Of a stretch of 35,631 bases of DNA, positions 25,906-34,600 are shown piece by piece. The DNA comes from Pyrinomonadaceae bacterium (GTDB lineage Bacteria > Acidobacteriota > Blastocatellia > Pyrinomonadales > Pyrinomonadaceae): assembly GCA_035563275.1 (NCBI GenBank), contig DATMVI010000520.1:1-35631 (forward strand). Reading direction: 5' to 3'. The first letter of the stretch is position 1. Each line of letters begins with the position of its first letter. Under the pieces are notes generated by a model. That model saw nothing but the letters and a program-made list of their open reading frames with translations. It did not search any database and was not told the DNA's origin. Made by a program: the position numbers and the translations under genes.

Positions 25906-26994
25906 ATGTCCACAAGGATTTCCGAGCCGGTTGAGAAGTCGAAGTCCGAGGTCTTCGCCGAGAAGATGCTCGGCATGATTAACGGCGCGGGCGTGGCGCT
26001 GATGACGAGCATCGGCCACCGCACCGGCCTCTTCGACGTGATGGCGGGGCTGCCGCCGTCCACGCCCGAGCAGCTCGCCGAGGCCGCCGGGCTGAAGGAG
26101 CGCTACGTCCGCGAGTGGCTGGGCGCGATGACGACCGGGGGCGTCGTCGAGCACGACCCCGAGGCCAACACTTTCCACCTGCCGCCCGAGCACGCGGCGT
26201 TTTTGACGCGCGCGGCCGCGCCGAACAACCTCGCCGTGACGACGCAGTTCATCTCCGTCCTCGGCGCCGTCGAGGATCGCATCGTCGCCTGCTTCCGCCA
26301 CGGCGGCGGCGTCCCCTACTCGGCCTTCGCGCGCTTCCACGAGACGATGGCCGAGGAGAGCGGGCAGACCGTCGTCGCCGGGCTGCTCGACTCGATCCTG
26401 CCGCTCGCGCCGGGCCTGACCGAGGCTTTGCGCGAAGGCGTTGACGTGCTCGACCTCGGCTGCGGCAGCGGCCGCGCGCTCAACACTCTGGCGCGGGCGT
26501 TCCCGCAAAGCCGTTTCGCGGGCTACGACCTGTCCGAAGAGGCCGTCGGCAACGCGCGGCGCGAGGCCGAGCGCTTGGGCTTGAAGAACGTGAGGTTCGA
26601 AGTGCGCGACGTGACGCGCCTCGGCGAGAGCGGGCGCTACGACCTCGTCACGGCCTTCGACGCCATCCACGATCAGGCGCATCCCGCGCTCGTGCTGCGC
26701 GGCATCGCCGAGGCGCTCCGGCCCGGCGCCACTTTCCTCATGCAGGACATCCGCGGCTCGCGCCACGTCGCGAAGAACATGGATCACCCGGTCGCGCCGT
26801 TCCTCTACACCATCTCGGCCATGCACTGCATGACGGTCTCGCTGGCCGCGGGCGGCGACGGCCTCGGCACGATGTGGGGCGAGGAGACGGCAGTCGAGAT
26901 GCTGGCCGAGGCCGGCTTCTACAACATCGAGGTCAGGCAGTTGCCGCACGACATCATGAATAACTACTACGTCGCGCGGAAGCCAACCGCCTGA
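25906..26994 (+). CDS. class I SAM-dependent methyltransferase with N-terminal winged-helix-like dimerisation domain
   Basis: 362 aa. SAM motif I VLDLGCGSGRAL and an acidic loop GYDLSEE. Confidence 0.8.
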   Translation: MSTRISEPVEKSKSEVFAEKMLGMINGAGVALMTSIGHRTGLFDVMAGLPPSTPEQLAEAAGLKERYVREWLGAMTTGGVVEHDPEANTFHLPPEHAAFLTRAAAPNNLAVTTQFISVLGAVEDRIVACFRHGGGVPYSAFARFHETMAEESGQTVVAGLLDSILPLAPGLTEALREGVDVLDLGCGSGRALNTLARAFPQSRFAGYDLSEEAVGNARREAERLGLKNVRFEVRDVTRLGESGRYDLVTAFDAIHDQAHPALVLRGIAEALRPGATFLMQDIRGSRHVAKNMDHPVAPFLYTISAMHCMTVSLAAGGDGLGTMWGEETAVEMLAEAGFYNIEVRQLPHDIMNNYYVARKPTA

Positions 26995-27065
26995 GTCGCG
27001 CTACGGCGGCCGCCCGCCTCGTCTCGAACCGGCGAGGCGGGCGGCCGGGAAGGAGGCTTATCAAG

Positions 27066-27881
27066 ATGAATCTCGTCGCCACCCCGACGCGCGTCGCCGA
27101 CGCGCGTCTCGGCACGGGCGTCCGCCTGCGCTACGCCGAGCAGGGCGACGCGGGCGGCCGCCCCGTCATCCTGCTCCACGGCTACACCGACTCCTCGTTC
27201 TCGTTCAGCCGCGTCATGCCCTTGCTCGACCCGGCTTACCACGTTTACGCACTCGACCTGCGCGGCCACGGCGACTCCGAACGCCCGCCGGGCGGCTACG
27301 CCCTGAGCGATTTCTCCGCCGACGTGCTCGCCTTCATGGACGCGCGGGGCCTTGAGCGCGCGACGCTCGTCGGCCACTGCATGGGGAGCCTCGTCGCGCA
27401 GCGCGTGGCCCTCGACGCGCCGGCGCGCGTGGCCCGCCTCGTCCTCGTCAGCTCGATGACGGCGGCGCGCAACATCGAAGGCGTCGAAGAGCTTCGGCAA
27501 GCGGTGGAGGCGCTCGAAGGCCCCGTGCCCGCCGAGTTCGCGCGTGAGTTTCAGGCCGGCACCGTCTACGCCCGGCTGCCCGAAGAGTTCATGGACGGCG
27601 TGGTCGCGGAGAGCCTCAAGGTTCCCTCGCGGGTCTGGCGCGCGGCGCTCGCGGGCCTGCTCGACGAGGGACAGGCGTCCCGCCTCGGCCGCATCGAGAC
27701 GCCGACGCTTCTCCTCTGGGGCGACCGTGACGCTCTGCTGACGCGCGCCGAGCAGGACGCCTTGACGGCCGCGCTCCCCAACGCCGACCTGACGGTCTAC
27801 ACCGAAACCGGCCACTCCCCTCACTGGGAGCGGCCCGAGCAATTCGTCCGCGACCTCGAAGCTTTCCTCGCGCGGGCGTAG
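27066..27881 (+). CDS. alpha/beta-fold hydrolase
   Basis: 271 aa. HG oxyanion motif (ILLHGYTDS), nucleophile elbow GHCMGS, C-terminal GHSPHWE. Confidence 0.8.
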   Translation: MNLVATPTRVADARLGTGVRLRYAEQGDAGGRPVILLHGYTDSSFSFSRVMPLLDPAYHVYALDLRGHGDSERPPGGYALSDFSADVLAFMDARGLERATLVGHCMGSLVAQRVALDAPARVARLVLVSSMTAARNIEGVEELRQAVEALEGPVPAEFAREFQAGTVYARLPEEFMDGVVAESLKVPSRVWRAALAGLLDEGQASRLGRIETPTLLLWGDRDALLTRAEQDALTAALPNADLTVYTETGHSPHWERPEQFVRDLEAFLARA

Positions 27882-27889
27882 TTCATAAA

Positions 27890-27934
27890 GACGCGGCCCG
27901 GCCCCGGCGACACCGACGGAGGCCGGGCCGCGTC
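27890..27934 (+). terminator. strong GC hairpin after the hydrolase gene
   Basis: gacgcggcccggcc (27890-27903) pairs perfectly with ggccgggccgcgtc (27921-27934): a 14-bp stem and 17-nt loop. There is no clear U-tract. Confidence 0.5.
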
Positions 27935-28065
27935 CCGAACTCACTCCCGATAAAACCTCGGACAATCCTCCCCTTTCCCCTGTTCGTCTTAAACTAAATC
28001 AAAACTAAATATATTGACTTCCCTTCCCCCCTTTCGGTATCGTCGCTGCCTCTAAGGGAGGCAGC

Positions 28066-28266
28066 ATGAACGACACCCACCGACCCGACGATCTGATCCG
28101 CACCACCGAAGCGCGCAAACTGCTCGGCGTGAGTACGGTGAAGATGACGCAGCTCATCAAGCACGGGGTCTTCACGATCTACGAAGACCTCCTCGACCGC
28201 CGCGTCAAGCTCATCCGCCGCTCCGAAGTCGAGGCCCTGAAACACAGGAGCGTGAAAGCCGCATGA
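28066..28266 (+). CDS. small helix-turn-helix DNA-binding protein (excisionase/MerR-like HTH_17 type)
   Basis: 66 aa. TTEARKLLGVSTVKMTQLIKHGVF. Its stop overlaps the parA start (ATGA). Confidence 0.6.
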   Translation: MNDTHRPDDLIRTTEARKLLGVSTVKMTQLIKHGVFTIYEDLLDRRVKLIRRSEVEALKHRSVKAA

Positions 28267-29084
28267 AGACCATCGCCATCGCCGTCGCCAACCAGAAGGG
28301 CGGGGTCGGTAAGACCACCCTCACCCGCGAGTTGTCGGCCTGCTGCGCCCTGCGCGGCTTCCAGACGCTGGCCATAGACTGCGACCCGCAGGGCAACCTG
28401 ACTTCCTCGTGGGTTGACCCGGACGTTTACGAGGCCACCCTCTCGCACGTCCTGATCGAGCCGGAGTTGCCGACCGGCGTGAAGGCCGAACCCCTGCCGC
28501 TCGACGATGCCATTGTCGAAAGCCCGGTCGAGGGCCTCGACCTCGTCCCGGCCGACATCCGCCTCGCGCGCTTCGAGATGCAGCCCGACTACCTCACGCA
28601 CCGCCTGCGCAATCAGGTGCAGGAGCACGGGCGCGCTTACGACCTCGTCTTCATCGACTGCCCGCCGCAGCTCGGTAAGCTGCTGACGGCCGCCCTCTAC
28701 TCGGCCGACTACGTCGTCGTCCCCTGCGCGGCCGACGCGATGGGGCTTCAGGGACTCTCCGACCTCGCCTTCACCATCGAGCAGGTGCGGAAGAACGTCA
28801 ACTCCGGCCTCCAGATGCTCGGGGCCGTCATCAACCTCTACAAACCTTCGCGCAACCTCTCGGCCGAGTCGCGGCAGGCCGTCGAGGCCGCGGTCGGGCT
28901 GGTGGGCCACGTCTTCGACACCAACCTGCACGACTACTCGAAAGTGGCCGAGGCACCCTCGCAGAAGCTCCCGGCCGTGCTCTACGCCAAGTCGCACCGC
29001 GCCGCCGACCAGCTCTGGAGCCTGACCGACGAAGTGCTCGACAAGCTGAAGCTTTCCCGGCAGAAGATCGCCGCCGTCAAGTGA
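28263..29084 (+). CDS. parA: ParA/Soj-family partition ATPase
   Basis: 273 aa. Deviant Walker A NQKGGVGKTT, then DCDPQGN and IDCPP. Confidence 0.9.
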   Translation: MKTIAIAVANQKGGVGKTTLTRELSACCALRGFQTLAIDCDPQGNLTSSWVDPDVYEATLSHVLIEPELPTGVKAEPLPLDDAIVESPVEGLDLVPADIRLARFEMQPDYLTHRLRNQVQEHGRAYDLVFIDCPPQLGKLLTAALYSADYVVVPCAADAMGLQGLSDLAFTIEQVRKNVNSGLQMLGAVINLYKPSRNLSAESRQAVEAAVGLVGHVFDTNLHDYSKVAEAPSQKLPAVLYAKSHRAADQLWSLTDEVLDKLKLSRQKIAAVK

Positions 29085-29092
29085 GGTCGTAG

Positions 29093-30217
29093 ATGGCCGA
29101 GACTAAGCCTAAAGCGAACAATTCCCTGCGGACGCCGAAGCCGAAAAAACTGGGCCTCTCGGTTCCGCCCGCGCTGCGCCTGCCGCACGAAGAACTGATT
29201 CGGGCGGCACAGACCCCGCCCGAACCGGCCGAGCTGCTTGAATCAACTATGCCTAGTCAGACTAGTCTGACTAGTCTGACTAGGCATACTCAGGACGCCT
29301 CCGAAGCGACGCCGGTCTCCCCCGTCCGCGATTACACGAAAGTCGCCAACTCGATCACGCGCGAGGCGATCCCGGCCGGCGTCTTTAAAGGCAAGAGCAA
29401 ACAGCTTTACGACGCCCTCTACCAACTCACGCGCGGGGCCGTCGTCCCCGTCAGGAGCGTACGCATTTCGCGCCCCCGCCTGATGAAGAAAGCCGGCATC
29501 GGCGCGCGCGTCACTTTCGAGGCCAACGTCGCGCACCTACAGGCGGAGGGACTCGTCACCGTGCGCCACATCGCCGGCGAGCACGAGGGCAACGAGTACA
29601 CCGTCCACCTGCCCGAAGAGACGGCAGAGAGTATGACTAGTCATACTAGTATGCCTAGTCTGACTAGTCAGACTAGGCATGCCCAGAAACTAGACAGACT
29701 AGTCAGACTAGAAACTAGTCAGACTAGGCATACTTCAATTGCTGAAGAATCAACAACTTACGAGGTGCCTAAGACTTCTTTTAAGACTAATACTGAGAAA
29801 ACTGATGATGATGAGGCTCTCGCCGATTTCGTCGCCGCCGTGAGACAGGCGACAAGGGAGATCACCGGCAGGGAATTGTCGGTTGCGGAGAGGCAGCGTT
29901 GGGCCGAGTTGGCCGAAGTGCTCGTCACCGAGTTGAAGATCGCCGCGGGGCGCACGACCGTCTCATCCGTCCCGGCATTCCTCGCGGAGCACCTGCGCCG
30001 GCGCCTCTGGAAAAAGGAGAAGCGGCAGATTGAGGCTGAGGCGGCCGACGCGGCGTCGCCCGCGCCGACCCCGAAGGTGGACGCCGGGCAGTGCCCGGAC
30101 TGCTTCGGGACGGGAATGTGGTATCCGCAGGGGTACGAAAAGGGGGTTGCGCGCTGCCGCCACGAAAAGCTGACGCCCGAGGTAGGGGACTCAGACCCGG
30201 AGCAGACGCCGGCCTGA
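29093..30217 (+). CDS. initiator-like or centromere-binding-like protein with winged-helix region, internal DNA iterons and C-terminal CxxC...C zinc-ribbon-like motif
   Basis: 374 aa. The wHTH-like segment is ISRPRLMKKAGIGARVTFEANVAHLQAEGLVTV. Peptide repeats TSLTSLTRH / TSQTRH come from the 9-bp DNA repeats. C-terminus has CPDCFGTGMWYP...CRHEK. No family was recognised with certainty. Confidence 0.4.
   Translation: MAETKPKANNSLRTPKPKKLGLSVPPALRLPHEELIRAAQTPPEPAELLESTMPSQTSLTSLTRHTQDASEATPVSPVRDYTKVANSITREAIPAGVFKGKSKQLYDALYQLTRGAVVPVRSVRISRPRLMKKAGIGARVTFEANVAHLQAEGLVTVRHIAGEHEGNEYTVHLPEETAESMTSHTSMPSLTSQTRHAQKLDRLVRLETSQTRHTSIAEESTTYEVPKTSFKTNTEKTDDDEALADFVAAVRQATREITGRELSVAERQRWAELAEVLVTELKIAAGRTTVSSVPAFLAEHLRRRLWKKEKRQIEAEAADAASPAPTPKVDAGQCPDCFGTGMWYPQGYEKGVARCRHEKLTPEVGDSDPEQTPA
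29248..29288. repeat. 41-bp near-perfect palindrome built from 9-bp CTAGTCWGA units (iteron cluster 1)
   Basis: tatgcctagtcagactagtctgactagtctgactaggcata. It contains 4 CTAG tetramers and only the central 2 nt break the symmetry. Confidence 0.85.
29633..29732. repeat. iteron cluster 2: ten CTAG-centred 9-bp-phased units, including a perfect 30-bp palindrome (29651-29680)
   Basis: atgcctagtctgactagtcagactaggcat is self-complementary. Flanking units are ctagtcata, ctagtatgc, ctagacaga, ctagtcaga, ctagaaa, ctagtcaga, ctaggcata. It is followed by an AT-rich tract at 29733-29815. Confidence 0.85.
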
Positions 30218-30257
30218 GACTGCACCGCGCGAAACGCCGAGGCGAGGCCGGCCCGCG

Positions 30258-31043
30258 CTAAATATTCAGCTTTTTCGCGCCTTCCTGCCGTTTTTGCCTT
30301 CTCCGCTCAATGTGGAGCAGGGCGATGCTCACCTGATCGACGGCCGGCAACAGTTCGTCCACGTCTTCGTCTGTTAACTCCTCCGGCCTGATCTCCCTCA
30401 AAGCCCGCCCGATGCGCCGCAACTCCTCGAAAAAGAGGTGACTTGAGTCGAGCGGGTCGGCCTCCAGCAACTCGTCCGCCTTCTCGACGGCGGCCATCTC
30501 GGTCGCCAAAGGGTCAGGCTCTCTCAACTCGCCCAGAGCCTCTTTGACCCTCTCGCGCAGCATCATGCCGGTCTCCTGCTTCAGCAGGTGCGTCTCAAGC
30601 AGCTTCCGCCGATGGGTGCGCGCCTCCGATTCCGTGCAGCCGAGTCGCTTGGCGCTGAGGCGCGCGAGCTGGTGCGCCTCGAAGAGGTTGAGGTCTCCGC
30701 GCTCAAGCGGCTCCCGCACGTCCTGAGGGAAATCCAGAATCGGGAGGTACTGGCCGACGAAACTCCTCACCGAGACCCTCGTTTCACGCGACAAGATGTC
30801 GCGCAGGCTGGAGTCTACGCGCAGGAGCAGTTCGCGCGCGTGGCGCGGCGGCCGCCCGCGGCGGCTTTCGGTCGGCTGGCGCATGTAGAGGCCGCGCACC
30901 GAGTTGAGCAGAGAAGATAAGTTCTTGTGCGAGCGCGGGATGGCATCGGGCAGGGAAGCGCGCAGGTGTTCCAGCACGCGGCCGACGCCTTCGGTCGAGG
31001 CCAGCGGGTCTACACGTCTCGTGCGACGCCTCGTGGTTTTCAA
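30258..31043 (-). CDS. hypothetical protein, tentatively ParB/KorB-like HTH protein
   Basis: 261 aa. FPQDVREPLERGDLNLFEAHQLARL resembles the ParB segment LPxxVxxLIxxGxLSxGHARxLLxL. It has an acidic C-terminus. No clear ParB-box (GERR) was seen. Confidence 0.3.
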   Translation of the reverse strand: MKTTRRRTRRVDPLASTEGVGRVLEHLRASLPDAIPRSHKNLSSLLNSVRGLYMRQPTESRRGRPPRHARELLLRVDSSLRDILSRETRVSVRSFVGQYLPILDFPQDVREPLERGDLNLFEAHQLARLSAKRLGCTESEARTHRRKLLETHLLKQETGMMLRERVKEALGELREPDPLATEMAAVEKADELLEADPLDSSHLFFEELRRIGRALREIRPEELTDEDVDELLPAVDQVSIALLHIERRRQKRQEGAKKLNI

Positions 31044-31425
31044 AGCGACTCCTCCGGCTTGGGCTCGGGGCCGGGCTCAAACCCCCGGCTGTGAAACCTC
31101 GAACAGAAATTTACTTACCATACAATAGAAACAAATCACCCGACCTTCTTTTATGTTTCTGCTACCCGGACAAAATAGGAACCATCGGCAGTCTGTCGCT
31201 AATATTTTGCTCCCGCTCACGTTGAGACGCCTCACGGCGGAGCAGCCGGAGCGCGCCTCAGCCGCGCGTAGACAGAAGCGCCGGAGCAGAGAAGGGGGGC
31301 GGGCGAAGGGCGAGACGGCCGCCCGAGGATGACCGTTGACGTTTTTGCTTGGCGTTAACTCTCATTTTCGCGCGGTCTGAAGGGCTGATTAATTTTCGTT
31401 GAAAAATATCGGCAAGAGGTAGACA

Positions 31426-31623
31426 ATGCCGGCGCCCAACCAGTCCGCCTTCCTGTTCGATGGGCGAGCGCCGATAGGCGTGCTCAGCTCAAACTTATTT
31501 ATCCTCGCCGCGCCGGTGCTGCCGGTGCCTGTGGCCGGGCCTTGCCCCGGCGTGGGCCACCGCGTGGGCGCACGCCCGGTGGGCGGCGGGGTGACCTCTA
31601 TTCCAGAGGCGCCAAATGTCTAA
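31426..31623 (+). CDS. small ORF (65 aa), possible coupled peptide upstream of the C-A gene
   Basis: RBS-like gagg lies 8 nt upstream. GC3 is about 78% (51 of 65 codons). Its stop overlaps the ATG of the next gene by 8 nt (aATGtcTAA). The product is MPAPNQSAFLFDGRAPIGVLSSNLFILAAPVLPVPVAGPCPGVGHRVGARPVGGGVTSIPEAPNV. Confidence 0.3.
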   Translation: MPAPNQSAFLFDGRAPIGVLSSNLFILAAPVLPVPVAGPCPGVGHRVGARPVGGGVTSIPEAPNV

Positions 31624-34600
31624 CGCAATTTTTGAAGATAGAGGGTTTCCGGATACGAGGCGAGAAGAGCTGTCGGCCCGGCGGGCGCGCCTGTCGGAGG
31701 CGAAGCTGCGGATTCTGGCCGGCAGACTGGAAGGGAAACTCAGTCCGCGGGAGGACGCCGCGCCCGCCGACCCGCCCGGCCGAGAGAGCGCCGACGAGCC
31801 GTCGCTGCTTCAGGAGTTCGCGCTGTGGCACGACAGGTGGGCGCGCGAACAGTCCGTGCCCGTCAAGCGCCGCCAATACTACCGCCTGCTGCAAGTGACC
31901 GGCCCGCTTGACGTTGGCTGCCTCGAACGGAGCTTTCAAGAAGTCCATCGCCGCCACGACATCCTGAACTCGACCTTCCCCTTCGCCGACGGGAAGTTCG
32001 TCAGGGCCGCGCGCCCGGGGAAGACCTTCGCCCTGCCGTCGCTCGACCTGTGCCACCTGCCCGAAGGTGAGCGCGAGGCGGCGGCCCGCTCGCTCTGCCT
32101 CGCGGAGATTCTAAAGGATTATGACCCGGCCGGCGATGACCTACTGCGCGCCCTGCTGTTGAAGATCGACGACAAGCGACACCTGCTGCTGTTCGTCATG
32201 CAGCACTTGGCCTTCGACGGTAAGTCTCAGGATTTGTTAATCCACGAAATCTCACAAAACTACATGGCGCTGGCGACGAAGAGTCCTTCCCCGCTGCCGC
32301 CGCTGCGCGCCGGCTATCAGGACTTCGCGCGCTGGCAGAGGGCGCGCGCCGAGAGGGGCCGCGGCTCGCAGCGCCTGCTCTCGTATTGGAAGGGGCAGTT
32401 CGGCGGCGAGTCCGTGCCCGACGCCGCGGCGTTGGAATTGCCGTTCACGCTCCCGCAGACGCGGCCGGCCTCTTACAGAACCGGCGTCGAGGCGCTGCGC
32501 GTGTCGGGGTCGCTCTACGCCTCGCTGACGGAGCTGGCGCGGCGCGCGGACGTGACGATGTTCGTCCTGCTGCTGGCCGTCATCAACACCTTGCTTTACC
32601 GCTACACGGGCAGGGGAAGCATCTACGTCTGCACGAGCGCGTCCGGCCGCGGCAGGGAAGAGTTCGCCGACCTCATCGGGAAATTCAGCTCCTGCCTCTG
32701 GTTCCGCACGCAGCTCGCGGGCGGGCTGAGCTTTCTGGAACTGCTGCGACGCACGCGCGAGTCCACGCTGAGCGCCTTCGACCATCAGGACTTGCCTTAC
32801 CCCGCCCTGCTGGAGAGCCTGCGCCCGGCTTCCGCCCGGCCGCCGCAAATCTCGACGGCGCCGATGGTCTGGTTCAATTTCACTCCGCGGGCCAAAGCCG
32901 AGGCGCGGCCCGAGCCTTCGTCCGGCGGGCCGCCCGTCAGGTTCCGCAGGGTGTCGATCGACGGGGCGGACTTGGAACAGAGCCTCGGCCTCTCCATCTC
33001 GGCCACCGAGAAGGCCAACGGGTTGGGCGTTAACATTCGTTACGAGCGCGACCTCTACGACCCGCGGGACATGGCCCGGATGGCCGAGCACTTCCACGCC
33101 CTGCTCGAAACCGTGAGCGAGCGCCCCCACCAACGTCTCTCGGAGATGCGGTTGTTGACGGCCGCCGAAGAGCGTCTGCTGTCGGAATGGAATCGCGCGG
33201 AGAGTCACGCCGCCGCCGAGAGCCGCTGCCTCCACGAACTGTTCGAGTCGCAGGCGGAGCGGACGCCGGAGGCGCCGGCGTTGATCTCCGGGACGGGGCA
33301 GTTGACTTACCGCGAATTGAACGAGAGGAGCAGCCGCCTCGCCCGCCGTCTCAGGCAACGCGGGGTCGGGCCGGAGCGGGTCGTCGGCCTCCGTCTGGGG
33401 TCGTCGGCTGACGTGGCCGTGGCCGCGCTCGCCGTCTGGAAGGCCGGCGGCGCCTGCGCGCTCTTCGAGGCCGTGCCCTCCGGCCAGTGGCTCGCGGCAG
33501 CGTTTGAGAGCGGGGAACTCGCCCTGTTGCTCGACGGCGAGGGCTTAACGGACGAGTCGGATTCCCGCCCCGGCCGTGCGCTGCCTCCCGGGGGGGAGCA
33601 CGGGAGTGTCTCGCCGGAAAGCGCAGACCACGCGGCCCAGACCGCGGCGCCGTGGAATCGGGCCGTCGTGAGTTACCGGCCGGACGCGCGGGGGCGTGTG
33701 AGGGCCGCGGCCGTCACTCACGAAGCAGTCTGGAGCAGACTGCGCGGGCTGCAAAAGCGCATCCTGCTCAACGGGGCCGACCGTTTTCTGCTCCAACCGG
33801 CGACCGACCACGAGGCGTTAGTGAGCAACCTGCTCTGGCCCCTTTCGCGCGGGGCCGGCTTCGTCTTCGACGACGACGAACACGCGCTCGCGCGGCACGC
33901 CGTTACCGTCTGGCGCACCACGCCCCCGCTGCTCGAAGATTGGTTGAGCGGACGCGGCCGGGGCGACGGCGCGGCCTTGCGGCGGGTGATTTGCAGCGTC
34001 GAGCGGCTCAGCCCCGCCCTGAAGGCGCGCGCTCTGGCCTTGCCGGGAGTCGAATTCTCCAGCCTCTACCGCGCGGGCGAGGGCGTGGGTGAAGTGGCCG
34101 TCTACTCCCCCACGCGGGAGCAGGCCGAGAGCACCGCCTCCATCGGGCGCCCGCTGGTGGATTTCAAACTGCATCTGCTCGACGCCCAACTGCGGCCCGT
34201 CCCCGTGGGGCTCCCCGGCGAACTCCACGTCGGCGGACTGGCAGTCTCGCAAACCCGCACGGACTCGGCCCGAGCGGCGGCGCAGAAATTTATCCCCGAC
34301 CCCTTCGGCGAGCGCCCGGGCGCGAGACTTTTAGCCACGGGCGACGTGGCGCGTTACTTGCCGGACGGCAGCCTTGAGCTGCTCGGCCGCAAGTCCGAGT
34401 TCGTCAGGCGGCGCGGCTTCGTGTTCCATCTCGGCCGCGTCGAGAAGGCGCTTGAATCTCACCCCCTCGTCCGGAGGGCCGTGGTCTTATTCAAAGACGA
34501 TCCGCGCGGCCCCGAGCAGTTGGTCGCCTGCCTGACCTGCGTCGGCGAAGGGGTGACGGCGGCAGAGTTGGATGACTCCCTCAGGCGCAGGCAGCCCGGC

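Larger units (their letters stand above)
28066..31043. mobile_element. plasmid/phage-like maintenance module (Xis-like HTH, ParA, initiator-like gene with internal iterons, ParB-like gene), integrated or marking a secondary replicon
   Basis: Based on gene content plus AT-rich flanks (27960-28030 and 31090-31420) in an otherwise GC-rich context. A tyrosine integrase lies 8 kb to the left. Confidence 0.45.

Noticed and set aside
29248-29732. CRISPR array interpretation of the CTAG repeat clusters
   Set aside because: The units are only 9 bp and directly abut each other without spacers. They are palindromic, lie inside an open reading frame, and no cas genes are present.
31542-31898. 118-aa ORF overlapping the start of the C-A gene
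   Set aside because: It is out of frame with the clearly homologous C-domain gene, and its product is Arg/Gly/Pro-rich low complexity.
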